The translations under genes were made by a program, and so were the position numbers. DNA of 63,844 nucleotides, filler included, from Psammoneis japonica (Eukaryota), in NCBI GenBank assembly GCA_008632985.1. It is 5 parts of 5 records of this genome, joined end to end, with 100 filler letters (N's around TTAATTAATTAA, not from the genome) between each part and the next. Parts side by side here need not be neighbours in the genome. Positions count along the whole stretch, not along the records: positions 28,053 to 41,825 come from QPGO01000502.1; positions 41,926 to 55,145 come from QPGO01000504.1; 3 more parts are not named here. One strand, 5' to 3'. The first letter of the stretch is position 1. The number at the start of each line of letters is the position of its first letter. Positions 38,423-53,079 of this stretch are shown here, in pieces. The notes beneath the pieces were generated by a model, which did no database searches, had not been told where the DNA came from, and saw only the letters and a program-made list of their open reading frames with translations.

Positions 38423-38689
38423 GCGAAACTTGCATTTTCGACTCTGCGTTGCCTCTGTGTTGGTCTTCGTGATGTGGCAAAATAGTCGTACTCGTATTTG
38501 ATATGTTGGCGTTTGAGAGTATTACGTGATATTGAGAAATAGCAGCTAAAGTCAACATTCTGTATCTTTGAATTGAAAACGAAATGAGTCTTTTTGCTCA
38601 ACGCTGTCTACCAAGCCGCACACTATCAATAGCATGGATTTAACACCCCGAAAGGATAAACCAATCACAGAAACCGAGCTAGCATTATC

Positions 38690-40135
38690 GATGGCGAAGA
38701 GTCACAGCTACGCCTCTACTGTTTTTCACGGATGCGCAGCTCATCCTGAGAAGAGCAACCACTTACTTTCAATTCTGCATGAGAAGTCTCCCTTGCAATC
38801 TCCACATCTGCAGTGTGAACACATCCAGTAGGTGGTCGTGTATCTCATTTACTGTAGCATGGTGTCCTACGTCGTGATCTCGTTTTTTGTATGGCCCTGA
38901 GCTAAATGGCACGAAGTCTTATTCGGTTCCTCCATGAGTCGCTGTCCTGGCATAAGCTCTTGTTGATTGCATTGTCCAAGGGACCGGTAGAAGTAAAATG
39001 AATACCTTCCCTCTACTAACTGTCGGATGCAACATTACAATTCTGATTTATTTCACAGACGTAGCCGGGCTGGCTACAAGTCGCGGTCCAGAAACCAACA
39101 TCATGTGATTTTCCAAGGCGGTATCTGCCACCGTGGTTTTGGGTCCATATCTTAAGCTTCGAAACCGCGTCTTCTCATCCGCTTCTTTTGAACTATCCAC
39201 ATACAAGACCGGCACAAAGACCGGTTTGTCGGTTATCCAAAGGAGACTTGACTTTCGCCAATTCAAGTTCATCACGGATTGAATCTTCCCGCTTGGGCCC
39301 ACGCCGTTCCGCTTCCTCCTCGAGACGTTGTAAATGGCACGAAGTCTTATTCGGTTCCTCCATGAGTCGTAGTCATGGCATAAACTCTTGTTGATTGTAT
39401 TGCCCAGGGGACCGGTAGAAGTGAAATGAATACGGGAATGACACCGCTCTCATTGAAACCAAGGTTTCGACTGGAACCATTTTTCTTTGCGGGCGCCGAC
39501 GAGTCACAGCTACGCCTCTACTGTTTTTCACGGATGCGCAGCTTATCCTGAGAAGAGCGACCACTTACTTTCAATTCTGCATGAAAAGTCTCCCTTGCAA
39601 TCTCCACAACTGCAGTGTGACCATATCCATTAGGTGGTCGTGTATCTCCTTTACTGTAGAATGGTGTCCCAGTTCGTTGTCTCGTCCAAGATATATTATG
39701 TCAAGGGAAAAAACTACTAACTCCAATCTTGTTTTGATGGATTTCACGTAGCCACAGAGAGCTCTACACGACGATGTCGTATTTGTTATCAGCAGGAGAC
39801 TTGACTTTCGAATTCCTTGAATCTTCCCGCTTGAGTCTACGTTGCTCCGCTTCCTCCTCGAGACGTTCTCGCTCATTACTCCTGCGCAAATCGACCCCTT
39901 TTGTACGTCGTGGTTTCGTTTTTGTGTGGTCCTGAGCTAAATGGCTTATGATTCCTCCATTAGTCGTACTCCTGGCATAAGCTCTTGTTGATTGCATAGA
40001 CCAAGAGACCGGTAGATTCTTACTCGTATCAAATCCCCTCTACTAACTAGCGGTTGCAACAATACAATTCCGATCTATTTCACAGACTTAGCGGGGCTTG
40101 CTACAAGTTCTGGTCCAGAAACCAGCAACATGTAC
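38690..40135. repeat. Mosaic of decayed segmental duplications
   Basis: GAGTCACAGCTACGCCTCTACTGTTTTTCACGG at ~38700 and ~39501; AAATGGCACGAAGTCTTATTCGG at ~38904 and ~39332, diverged at ~39939; TTTCACAGAC...GCTACAAGT at ~39051 and ~40078. Confidence 0.8.
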
Positions 40136-40292
40136 AGAGTCCGGTTTGTCGAAGTGCATGAGCTTGCCGACATGTCGATAGAGCTTGGCTTGTTCTATCA
40201 TTACTCTCATTTTTTAAAGAAACTCAAATGCACATTGACAAAGGACCTGGCAAAGTGATCGGCAACGTCAGAAAACGCCTTGGTTGCATCGT

Positions 40293-41479
40293 CTAGAAAG
40301 GCATTGAAAAAGTCATCAATAAACTCAACATCCGAGTATCCTCTCGGTACAACGTCAGCTTTTTAAAAACAACGTTGCTCATATTAAGGTTCAATCGAGT
40401 CTTGTAAAAAACGTAAAGTATCCTCGGAAGGCTTTCCAAGAGTGTCGTCATGGGCGCAGAGATTGCAATGGTTTTGTTGTCGACGTCCTTCAACGCTCCG
40501 ACAACTATAGTCCAAAAGGATCCACGATGCCACCAAGAGAGTATCCGGTGACAATCACTCTAGTAATGGGAGTTTCATCCCTTTTGAATCGATTCGACGT
40601 CTTGCTGTATTTTCCATTGACGTACTTGACGATATCCGTGGCGTGCTTTTTGAGATAGACATGCCTGCTCATTTCATAATATGCTTTCTGCACATCCCTG
40701 CAACTTGTTCCATGGCGACACGGAATCAGCATTGACATCGACAATGATATCTTTGATTGTCACTGTCGCTCGGCACACCATAACGAGTGCCGAGCCTGTA
40801 ATTATTCCAACAAATGTGGGAGCATTCAAAGACAGTCGTTCCGATACCAAATCCCGTCCAAACGCGACTCCATTCTGAAAGAAGCGTAACGTCAAGTCTG
40901 GAAACATGTCTCGGATGTTGGGCAATTCTAAAACCTTTTCAAAGCCTCGCCGCGACGCAGCTTCATAAAAACACCTCTAGCGACCGTGGCACATAGGTGC
41001 AGCATGTCTTCTTCCACACCAATCATATCTTTGGATGGAAGATGCTTGATTCCCTCAATATCGATTTGAGTAGAAGCGTCTAAAATTTCATCGGCGGTAG
41101 CAGCGCACTCTTCGGTTTCCGATTCTTGCCACCCTTCAATCATGCGAGCGTGTCCTGATAGCGTTTCTCGAGTAAATGGTTCTTGCTTCTTGCTCTTTTC
41201 CACTGCTATTGTAAGTGCTCTTCCTCTTCTCGTATCCATATCATACTCCCCATCTTGCGCCTTCCGCAACATGTGTGCAAGCTGTAAACCCCATGGTATG
41301 AAGGTGAGAAGAACCCTATAGCATCCACCACACCATCGGCCGGTTGGGCTTCCGGATCGTTCCACTAACTGAAAACACCCGTAATTTGCAGCTGCTAGCG
41401 ACGGTAATTTGTCGGGGAAGTTTCCGGAACGTTTTGCAACATGGCCCAACCTCTCCTCGTCTTGTTCATTGCTCGCCAT
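40293..41479 (-). pseudogene. Class-3 lipase-like (alpha/beta hydrolase) gene, frameshifted
   Basis: Across three frames: LVMVCRATVTIKDIIVDVNA (RGT lid-like), VQKAYY, and RVIVTGYSLGG (GxSxG nucleophile elbow). Frameshifts may be real or assembly errors; the 3' end is uncertain. Confidence 0.62.
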
Positions 41480-41825
41480 GGTGTCGAGAGTCATTCAGTG
41501 TTCAGATGAACTTCCACCTCTTTTCATTGGTTGCTTGGCGTTGCGTTCGCTCTCCACTCACTTGCACGACATGACGGTCCACGCAGATTGATGAGATGAT
41601 TCATTCATGGCCGCCGCCTGATGTTGCGGGTTTTTCATTTCATTCGGGTCGCGTCGTCGCGCGCTGTCTGTCCATCGTGAGTCTGCATGCGCGCTCGACC
41701 GTTTTAGCGCGCGCTTGCGCACACTCCTGAAGGGCCGGGTGCGACGAACGATGCGAATCGCGACCGTGACGAACCAGCGAAATCAACGCACCATGGACCA
41801 TGCTCTTTTGCTTTGCTCAGATGGT

Positions 41826-41925
41826 NNNNNNNNNNNNNNNNNNNNNNNNNNNNNNNNNNNNNNNNNNNNTTAATTAATTAANNNNNNNNNNNNNNNNNNN
41901 NNNNNNNNNNNNNNNNNNNNNNNNN
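41826..41925. other. Artificial contig linker
   Basis: 44 N + TTAATTAATTAA + 44 N. Confidence 0.98.
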
Positions 41926-42035
41926 GGAGAAATGAATGCGCTTGATGAAAACGACAGTTGGGTTGAATTTGACGATACAGACTTTTGTGAAGGAATAGGA
42001 AAGATTGACTTGTCAGCTTTTTGATAGTCAGAACG

Positions 42036-43326
42036 ATGGCGATGCAGAGCGAGATTTCAAAGGCGTGGCTGCGTTTGACAAACACACCGTGAAAATCGTG
42101 TTGCATTTGAAGAGTTTCCTCCATCTGGTGCCGATTTCAGTACGCCCACTCATACCACTGATGATGAAAAGAAACTTGAATCTTCCGATGATAGACCACG
42201 CAAGAAGGAAAAGCCGGTGCCGACCCCAGCGAAACATCTGATACCCGACGACACTGAATGGAGAGAGTGGGTCAGCTCAAGTAAGTGCTCTAATTTTGTT
42301 ATTCTTGACAACGTGGCTGATTAGGGATTCGAATCACTCAGTATGATCTCGTTTGTGTATTATAGCGAAAGGAGCACGGTTCCCTGCTGAAAGCGGGAGG
42401 TACCATCTCTACGTTTCGTTTGCAGACCCAGGATCGCACCGCGTTCTCATAATTCGAGCCCTGAAGGGCCTGGAAGATGCCATTTCTGTTACTGTTGTGC
42501 ACCCGACTTGGAGACGAACTCGACCGGATGATCCGATGATGGACACAGGGGTTGGATTTTCGGCGACCCGGACGGCGATCCATTCACAAACACAGCCGGG
42601 CGTGGTGGACCGTTTCCAGCGTCTTACCCAGGCACCGACCCCGACCCCATATTCAACGCTTACAGCATCAAAGAAATTTACGAGAATGCGGGAGACACGG
42701 CGAAACGGTACACTGTGCCAATTTTGTGGGACAAGGTCAAATCCACAATTGTCAACAACGAGTCTTCGGATATCGCTTACATGCTCAACTCTCGGTTCAA
42801 CGATTTTGCAAAGAATGCCGATTTGGACCTTTACACTGAAGCGGAAGAAGAAAAAGTAGACGAGATTGACGACTGGATTCAACCCTTAATGATCAATGGA
42901 GTGTATCGTTGTGGCTTTGCGAAAACACAGGAGGACTACGAAAAAGCTATTACGGAATTGACCGATGCGTTTGACCGGGCAGAGTCAGTTCTCGACAAGC
43001 AACGATTTCTTGTGGGCGACACGCTGACGGATGTTGACGTCCGGTTGTTTGTCAGCTTGTTCCGGTTTGACGAGGTGTACGCGTTTTACTTCAAGACTAA
43101 TACGCGTCTCGTAATGCTTTCTCCAACGCTTCTGAACTACTGTCGGGATATATTTCAAATGGAGGGTATCGCTGAAACTTGTGATATGGAACAGATAAAG
43201 GCTCACTTTTTTGGTAGTCACGCGGAGTTGAACAAATTCTCTATCATTCCCCGTGGCTTGGGTTTCACGAAGCTCCTCAATGAACCTCATAATCGGGTTG
43301 ACATGGTCGACACATCAAGTACATAA
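42036..43326 (+). CDS. Glutathionyl-hydroquinone reductase-like GST (YqjG/ECM4 family); 5' end uncertain
   Basis: [35 protein letters not shown]...[37 protein letters not shown]; intron 42281-42365; indel near 42545. Confidence 0.9.
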
Positions 43327-46269
43327 ACTTTCAATTTTCAGATCGACATTATCTTGTGACGATCATCGACGCTTAGGCCCCTCTACTATAGGTTGTAGCT
43401 AAGCCTCTTCTAAGATCGCGGGAGTAAGTCGGGCCATCCGTCCGCGCCAAGGGCGTGACCTGTCATTAGTTTGGCCGATGTCCATAACTTTCCCGACGTA
43501 CGGTGTACATGCAGGAGAGGATGCGGGGAGGCAAGATGAACAGTCATTTGTCGAACACGCATGTCCACGACAGCCGTAGTTTGAGACAATCCGAAATCAT
43601 TTTGTGACATCGTTGTGTCTCAAACTATTTGGTTTGAAAGAAACTGGTTTGAGACAAAATGCTTGTAGACAACTGCTGTCTCAAACTGCACAGTTTGGAT
43701 GAGACAACTCAAGGCTGAAAGAAGCCAGTGTTGCCTGTTCCATTGTTCCAGTGCCCATGAGGCAAGACCATGGCATCGTGGATGTGAGAGGCATTGGTGT
43801 GAGATCCTGTCATTCATGTGATTGGTTTTCTTCACAACGGCATTGTTCCCCAAGTTGTCCCAAGCAAGAGAAATGAGGAGTGTGGTCCCCAAGCCATGAT
43901 GGCAGGAACAACATCTTTCCCCAAGTGGCCCCAGGAGAAATGAGGAGTTGGGTCCCTGCCCCCTGAACCAATGGCAAAAAACTGCACATGGTCAAAGGAC
44001 ACTGCACATGGCCAAGAATGTCATGTGCCACATCTGTGTGGGCCTCAAGGGCAAAACTGGAAGATGGCAGTGGTGGTGCTCCAGCAAACAGGAATTTCTT
44101 GGCCTTGCAATGGTTTCAAGCATGGACAGCTCTGTGGCTTTGTCACCAACATGGGAGTTGGGCCACACTGTTGGTGCCTTTTAGGATGAGCAGCACAGGA
44201 ATGCTGTTGGCAACAACAGCATGACTTGCAAGTGGATTGTCCAACCCTGGTGCTAGAATGGACAGGTGCAGAACTTTCAGCATGATGGAGCTTGGGACCA
44301 CCACAAGAGCCACCGGGTGGCAAGGATGGACGCAAGCTCAGGGGCTTCCCATGGTGGACATTTGGTGGACACAACACAAAGGGCTGCAAGATGGAGCACT
44401 TGATTCCTGACCCTCAAGCTGAAAAAACACAGCCTTTGTCCAAGACACAGTGTGCAGAGGCAGGCCAGAGGCACTCAAATCTTGAGCACTCATTGCAAAG
44501 GACTCTGTCTCTCATTTCTGTTTGCATTTTTTGTTGCAGCCAGTCATTTTGGTTATGATGCCTGCATGCAAGATGTGGACATGGTGCTGGCAGCTGCCAA
44601 TGGTGGCTTTCTCATCTTGTTTTGTGGCTCTTGGGGCCATGTCCTCTGCTGCCAGGGAGAGACCGACATTGCAGCCCAAATCAAGTTGGATGGCAAGGGT
44701 GGTCAGCACACACAAGACCATGATGCACCAACACACAACTGGGGCAGCACTGATGGCAGGAGCAACATGTGAGCTTTGAAAACGTTGAGAGTCTCAGAGA
44801 GCACAAGTTTATCAGCAGTCCACTGGAAGAAGATGAGCCAGCAGAAGCAAGTTGAGATGTCACCTGGTGCATCAAGCAGGATGGAGAATTCCCACAAAGC
44901 AGCCAGAGCAGGTGCTCTCCTGTGGGATTGATGTGCTTCAATGGAGAGCAGCTCAAGTTGGGTGCCAAACTGAGTTCTCTCTAAAGTGTTTGCCTTGTCT
45001 GGTCTGTTTGTCAAGGATGAGCTCAGAAACTTTGCCATGACAGCCACTGACAAGGTGGTGCTGCCAAGCATTTCTGTTTCTCTCATCAGGTCATGGCCAT
45101 CAATGACAAGTGTGCCCTTCTGATTCTTCAGGCCAAAAACAAGAGTGACACTGGCAGCTCTCAACCTCTTAAAACAGATTGGCTGGCATGCAAAAACACT
45201 GATGGTTCATGTGCAAATGAGCCAGCAAAACTGTCCCCAAAATGACTGTGCAAATCATCAGATGTGTCATGACTTTGCCTTGTTGGAAAGACATGTGTGC
45301 TTGATGGAGAGACAGCACCCTTGTCAGAATCATGCCCCCATGCAAACTGCTGTCAAGAAAGGCATTTTTGCTTGACAACTGACTCAACAAAATGGAAGGC
45401 AGAAAATGATTTCCGGTCACTCGCTGTTTCAGCCTTGAGCCTTGGGATGGTTCCCAATTGTGCACACTTCTGCAAACAAGCAAACATGCTTCTCTCGTTG
45501 AGAGACAACTTCAACATGCTTGGGTGAGCAAGTGTGGTGGTGGGGGGGNNNNNNNNNGGGGGGGGGCAGCACAGAGGGTGGCTGTGAAATTGTGGAGTTC
45601 AGAGCTCCCACTCTTTCAAAATCAGCTCCTGACACATCACAGGGGTTTGCACAACTTGCACACAAAATGCAGCAATGAGGAGGTGCAGCTGGTCTTTCTG
45701 CCTTTGTTCCCTCTGGCTTGAAACTTGGCCATTCTTAAAAGATCTCTTCACATGACCATTGATGCATGTGTGCAGTTGGCACAATGCAACCGTCAGCGGT
45801 GGTTGACATGGGAGCAGCAATGACAGTCATGGGTGAAAAAGAGCTGTGCAGAACCCCACCTGCAGCAAGAAGCACCAAACCACCTTTCATCATAAAGTGA
45901 CGTGCCATTGTCTGCCTGCAGAGAAGGGTCAAACATTTCTCTTGTTTCACTTCATCATTTGAAAAGTGCAGCAAACAACGTGCACAGAGAAATTTGGCCA
46001 GATGCGTGGCCCACTTTTGATCCCTTTTTTCCAATGCACCTTGAGCTTGACTCCAGTGCTGATGGTTTGTCTCTCTTCCTTTTGTCAGAGTTGCTTCAGC
46101 ACTGTTGTGGGATTGAAATTGGTGGCACAGGTGTTGCCAGTCCACAGGTGTTGTCAGTCAAGCCTGGAGGTCCTCGGGTCAAATTGAGCACATCTCTTTC
46201 ACCTGGAGAGTCCATGTCACTCTTGTGTCTTTGAGTGCAAGAAGTTGCCCATTCACTTGGTTGGGGTCA

Positions 46270-47430
46270 AGACCATGGCTGTTGAGACAGATGGCAAATG
46301 CTCATCCTCAGAGGACCAGATGCAAACAGCTGCCCCACAAGTGCACAACAGCAGGAAAGGCAATGGCAAGGAAGAAGAAAAGACAGAGTGGGGAGGTGGC
46401 TGGAGATCCACCAAACAGCCCAAGGCTGGCCATGGCATCAATGTGGGTGGGAGCCAGTGGAGATCACCAGTCTACAAAGAGAGAGGTTCAAGAGGTGACA
46501 TGGAGAGAACTGTTCCCAAAGGCAAAGTTCCTTGTCAAGGCAGACATGGCAAGCAGTGGCAAAGTGTCATGGCTCATGCGGAAAAAGATGGCTGGTGGCA
46601 GTTTCAGCAAGGACAGGATTGCAGGAAGACTGGGCAAAGAAGAAAGGAGTGCATTGTGAATGCAGTCAATGCAAAAAGGAACACTGTCACTCAGATGACA
46701 ATGAAGAGTGCAATGGCTGGCAAGTGTTTTTGAGTGAAGTGATGCTTAACACGACCCTTCTTTGGTGCAGTTGTGATGACAGAGCAGCAAGCCAAGGAAT
46801 TGTGCAGTCAGAAGAGAGCTGCTGCAGAAAACCAAAGGAGGAAGAGGAAGAAGAAGGCACAAGTGGAGGATGAAGAACCGTTCCTCCTGGCAACTTGGGA
46901 GGATGAGACAGTGGACACCATTGTGGGGGAGAAGTGAAAGAACAAGGAAGCATGTGCATGGTTCTACAACGACGTCCTTAAATTCATGAAGACTGCAGTG
47001 TGGAGAAAGAAGGTGGAGCTGGGTGAGACCAAGGCTCCAGATCTAACTGTGGCAAGCAACAAGGCTCTGGGGCTGTTGACATTGGAAAACCACTGGAAGA
47101 TTTGGGAGCACAAGGCCCTTCATGACAAGATTGTTGGAGGGGGAGCAGACACAGGGGACAAAGAGGAGGTGCAGTTGAAACCATCACCCAACTGCATGGA
47201 CCCAATGCAACAGCGTGACTCATGGAGTGATGAAGGAACACTGTGGTTCAACACCCCACTTGAGCAAGTGAAGGAGGGCAGGGCAAGTGGGGAAGGTGTG
47301 CAGTTCAACACACATGGTGCAGCAGCAGCAAGAAGAGGGAGAGCAATGAAAAGGGCAAGGAGCAAAAAAAGAAGAAAATGCTGGTGGAGAAGGAGGCAAG
47401 GAAACAGGCAACAACAGAGCTTTCTAGTGA
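46270..47430 (+). pseudogene. Decayed ORF of a probably TE-associated family
   Basis: ASNKALGLLTLENHWKIW...SWSDEGTLWFNTPLEQVKEGR resembles an uncharacterised SDEAxxLLxxEN...GWSxEGxxxFN family; recognised from memory only. Confidence 0.4.
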
Positions 47431-50400
47431 CAATGAGGAGGACAAGGAAAAGAGGAAATGGAAAAGGACCAGAGCAACAAGGACAGCAAAGAAGAGGAAG
47501 AAGGAATTGAGACATTGACCAAGAATGAAGAAGATGAAAAAATGGGGCAAACTCTGGTGCAGAAAGGGAGCAGAGCCTGTTGTCAATGTGAGATTGGAAA
47601 ACAGCAAAGCAATGCATTGGTGTTCATTGAAAACATTTACAAACTGGGAATGCAGCAATTCAGTGTTCATTGAGAGATGTTTCATGCTGTGGATTGACAA
47701 ACAACTTGTGCCACACATTCCAAAAACAACATTGAATGTGTTTGTTGGCATCAATTGTTTTTGTCAAAAGGCTTTTTAAAGTCAAAAGTCTGCGGGCAAA
47801 CAAGGAAGGCAATCTGAAGGGGAAACAGGGTGCATTTTCACAGTTGATGGTTTTGTCTCATGGGACATGATGGTGGGGCTCCACAGCAACATTTTTTGTC
47901 TTTCATGTTTGATGAATTGTCACCACACACACAACTGTCAAGGTTTGAAACAATGGAATTTTGTGCTGCAATGGATTAAAAAATGACTGGGAGCAAGGTG
48001 GTCTGGATCACAGCAGTGCATGCTCTGATGAGGTTGGTTGGTGCTGTCATGGGGTTGTTTGCTTTGCTCTGGAGTTTGGAAGTTCAAATCTAATCTTGTT
48101 GGGGATGAGGTGACAAGGGGCCACAATGCCACAAGCAAGATCAACCTTGCAGCACCCTGCAACAGTTCTTAGAGTGTTTCTTGTCAGGGTCTGCCAGAGA
48201 ACACTGGTGTCTTCTGCTGGCAATTGTTGGGTTGGTTGGTGCACCATTGTGGGATCCCAGCATGCAGCAGACTTGGCTTTCTGCTGCTGTTGGGAACAAG
48301 GTGACATGGGGCCACATTGCCACAAGATCAACTTTGCAATGCTCAGGCACAGTTCTCCAAGTGTCACCTGGGGTCCACCAGAGACCACCGATGCCCTCAG
48401 CTTGCAGCTGTCAGGTTGGCTGGCACCATTGTGGGATTCATGCTCTCTGGAATTTTTGCAAAAGTCAAGTCTGTCACTGTTGGGGACAAGTTCTCAAAGT
48501 GTTGCTGGAGTCAACTGGACATTGCCAGCACACTCAGCTTGCAACTGTCCTCAGGTTGGTTGACACCATCATGGGGCCCTTTTGTTCTTGAGTTTGGAAG
48601 TTCAAGCATGCTGCTGTTGGGGACAAGGTGACACCGGGCACAACATCACAAGATCTGCACCCATGGCCAGCCAGATGCTGTGTCAGTGTCCTCAGCTTGC
48701 AGCTGTTGGGTTGGTTGGTGGCATGGCCATTGTGCATGTGTGAATCAGCTGCAAAGCAGCCCCACAGACACAAGCAAGAAACAAACTGCACGGGCCAGCA
48801 CAAATTGACTGTGATCACAGAAACTGAGAAACCACAAAGCTTTTTCAAAAACACATGCACTGCATCTGATGGAAACAATCATGTTCAACATGATCCAGCT
48901 GCTTCACAAATGACAACCTGCAAGCAAAATGCTTTGGCGATGAAGACCAACAACAAAATGATTCATTGAAGTTGACTCAAATGATTTGAAACTTTGAAAA
49001 TTGGGAATGCAACACAAGGCTTAAAACAAAAAGAACAACTTGCAAAATGACAAAGGCAATGAGTGATCACCAGGCTAACCAGCTCAGCTCCATGGCAAAA
49101 AGGCACATCATTGTGCCACACAAAGCAACACAAAAACACAAGATGCACCCAAGCAGCACACAAACAATGGCGACATTGCAGGAAGGTGCCAACAACGCAC
49201 CAGGACCATGCACACACCAACAAAGAAATGCCATGGGAGAGGTCAAAAGTGCAACATGGGAGCTGCCAAATGACAACAAGTGGAACCTTTTGCACTTTTT
49301 TTGTTTCTTGAAACTCAGGCAAGTTGGCAAAAACAGCCAAGGACAAGAAACAGAGTGCTGCAACATTGCGCACAGGTGTCAGCAGATTGTGCCACACTTG
49401 CCAAAGAAAACATGCCAAACAGAAACTGTCCTCTGCCAGGGAGTTTTGCTTCCACATCATCTCACAATGAAAAGCTGCAAATTTCAAACCTCTCTTTTAA
49501 CACTGAACATGAGATGCTCTCACTGATGCTTCTGTTCCTTTGACTGCAACACAATTTTGCAGATGAGCACAATTGTGGTCTTGCAATTTTTGTCAAACAC
49601 ACCACTGTTTGTGGCTTTTAAAAACTTTTCAGCAATGAACAATCCAGTTCACACATCTCTGTGATTTTGTGATTCATTTCCAACTCCGATGTGACTCAAG
49701 TTGAAGGTGCATTTCTCATGGCTCCTCAGATTGATCCTGTGCATGATGCTGTGCCAGATGTCAAGTCTCCACAATGCTTTTGGGCCATGTCTGCACGGCC
49801 ATTGCTGTGATTTTGACAAAAATTCTCATCACCCATGAAATCAGCAATTTCAAGATGGATTTGTGCAGACATGGAACACAAGTCAAGTCGACCATGGGAT
49901 TGGTTGTGGTGGTGGCAACATTTAACACCAAATGCAAAAAACACCTGGAGTGCATGTTAAAACCTCATCATGATCATGAGGTGGCTGTGGGCACTAAAAC
50001 AAGGGATCTTCATTCAATGCCTTCAATCATCATCTGAACTTTTTGCTCAATTTCTTTGTTCCTTCTGCATCTGACATGACAGCAAATGTTTTGAAGGTCT
50101 AAAGTGGGGTGCACTGTGCAGGCACCCATGACTTGGACATGTTCAATGAAGATGACACAGAAAGGCATGAGCTCTTTCTTTGGAAACATTTTCCATGTCA
50201 AAAACAAAAGCAAACGGCAATCCTTGCTTTCAAGATCGTTTGTGACAATCAAATAACTCAATGCCGCCTTAATCCATCCAAAAGTTCAATCAATGGCTCA
50301 AGCGCCTCACTCCATGCCTGAATGAGACAATCCTAGGCAGTTGTCAGGTGCCAAAAATCTGTGGGAGTTTCTGAGGAGCCACAAGCAGTTGGACCTTGGA

Positions 50401-53079
50401 TCCTGTGATTGTGCCAGCTCCCACCAAATTGATTCAGAGCATGGCTTAAAATTGTTCATGTTGTCTGCAAACAGGCATTTCAAGCAGTCAATGCTTCTAA
50501 GATTGTGGGATCAAACTGCAGAAAATGCTGCCAGTGACAGGCAAATGACAACAGCTGGCCGGAACCTTTCTGTTGGACACCATTCTCATCATTTTGCATG
50601 TGCTGAACGATGCATCATTTTTTAACAACATAGATTGAACACTTTGTAGAATGGCACAGGAAGCATCTGCTGTGCAGAAGGATGTCCAGCATGAGCCATG
50701 GCAAAAGTCAACAAACACAATTGGCAACATTGAAGCCCAGAAGTGGGATTGATCCAGTTCTTGGTGTGTGCAGGCCAGTTCTCTCTGCAAGGCTCCAAGT
50801 GCTGGAAATCATTGCTGCAATGATGAGAACAGCTTTGTTAAAGATCCAATGACAAACAAGCATGGACAGTGCTTTTAATTGCCAGTTGCAACTGGGAGTC
50901 ATCTCCCATCTTGCAAATTGTCTCCAGTGGCAGATTCACAGAATTGTGGGTCCACCAGCTTGCGGGTCCTCGCATCCTTGAATTGCTCTTTTGCTTCCTT
51001 GCCTTGCCCAAAGTTGCTTCCTTCATTGCCACAAGGTGCTGCACAATCATTGAACAACACCTTCTCCAGGATTTCTCCACATTCTGAGTTGATCAGGCAG
51101 TTGCAACAGGACCAAGGCAATGGATGCACTTTTGCATGAGCTTTTGGCTTTGGCTCAGAATCACCTCCCATGACAGTTGGGATGTTTTCCCCTTCATCTT
51201 GATCACAAATGTCAACAAGGGATTGTTCTTCCATGCCACACCTTCAACAATGGACCTTGAGAACATTGCCTGAAGTTGTTGGAAGCCGCAACAATGGGTG
51301 AAACATGTTGGCGACAGCAAAAAAGTCATTTTTTGCTCTGCAAGTGGCAAAAGCAGCAATGTTTTGGCACAACATGTTAGATGCATGAGTCAACAATGAG
51401 ATCAAACCAATGCATTGTCACTTTTGATGCAAGAATGCAAGCAACAATGTTTTTGCTGATGAACGGCAACTCACCATTTTTGTTCAGCAACTTTTGTGCA
51501 TTTTCTGCACTGAAGCATGTTGGAGGCAGATCTGAAATCTCTGCCCCCCAAAAAGAAGGAAGTTTTTCAGTGCTGCCGTAGAATCATCTACATGGAAATG
51601 ATGTCACAGTGCAAAATGCCATTTTTGCACAGCAGTGTGCACTCTGCGAGCATCGTGTCTCCTGCATCTGTTGTGTTTCCTGTGAGAAAGCCATCCACAG
51701 TGGTTGCTGTTGGTTCCCTGGCATCACATGCCAAATTGGCGGAACTTCCCCAAGAAGTCAAGGATGTCTCACTTCAACCCCCAAGCATTTTTTGTGGCAA
51801 CTCCATTGTTTTGTGCAATGCAGCATCATTCACAAGACAGAGTGATTGTCCTCTCTTCCCAAGATTGAACCAATGCTGTCACCAACTCCAATGATGTTGT
51901 TGTTTGATGTGGANTGACTGCGGCCACTGCATGGACATGCACCCATTCCCTCAACTTCAGATTTTTGGCATGGCCATCATTGATTTTGGATCTGCAACAC
52001 CACCAATGCCTCCATTGTCCAAACAAGACCAACGGCAGTGGGGCAATTGTGCAAGAGGGCCATCGAGGTTTGTTGCCATCCACTCTCCAACTCTTCCAAC
52101 TGCAACTTGCCACGCACAAACATGATGGATCTGGTCACATCCACCCCCTTGGTTGCAGATGATGATCCAAGCCTGTCTCTTCAGAAGACATCAAAACACA
52201 GCACCAAGCATGAGAATGAGTTGGTGCAGCACACAATTGACTGCCATGACATGCCCATGATGGGCATCCCTTTGCACAGTGTTTCAGCTCAAACGTCACT
52301 CACAGTGCATCCATTTTCTTCCAACATGGACACAACTTGTGGCTCTGTTCCCTCTTCTCATTCAAGCATCCATGTTGGATCAAGGTGCATTGCATCCACT
52401 GGTTTGACTGGTGTGTTGTGTGTGCCATCTTTTGGCCATTTCTACCTTCATGTTGACACTTGCATCTTGCAGTTTTGCCATTGCTTTCAAGTGATTGTCC
52501 TGCAAGACATGTCCAAGACTTGCCAAAATGTCTTGACAAATGCCTTTGTTTGTCACAGGGCCACATTTGCAATTGTCGTCATCCAAGGACCACCACCCCA
52601 AGCCTTTCAATGACTTCAACTGCAAACCACAATCAACCGACATTCATTCTGCTTTTTTTCTTGAAGAACCTTTGTCATTGATGACATTTCATCCAATGGC
52701 ATCCACTGCAGTTGCTGTTGAGCCTCTCCCACCATCTGTGAAAGACTTGTGCAACACTTGCGCACATTGACTGGGATTTTCTCATGACTTTGGAGTGTTT
52801 GCATGATAGAATCACTCTCCTGCTCCTCAAGAATGCCACAATGGCAACAGTTCTCCAAGATGCATCTGGCCTGATCAACCCCAAAACTGCTGGCACTCCC
52901 GATGTGATGCAAGTTTGGCCAATTTTTGAATCAACTGCTCTGAGCATTGATCATTTGGGGGCATCAACAACACGTGCTGATGATGCACTTGGTGTGGATG
53001 CTCAGATGGATCCCATGAGTGCAAATTCACAGGATGTCAAGTCTGCCATGTCTGACATGTCTGACATTTAAAGTTGGTG

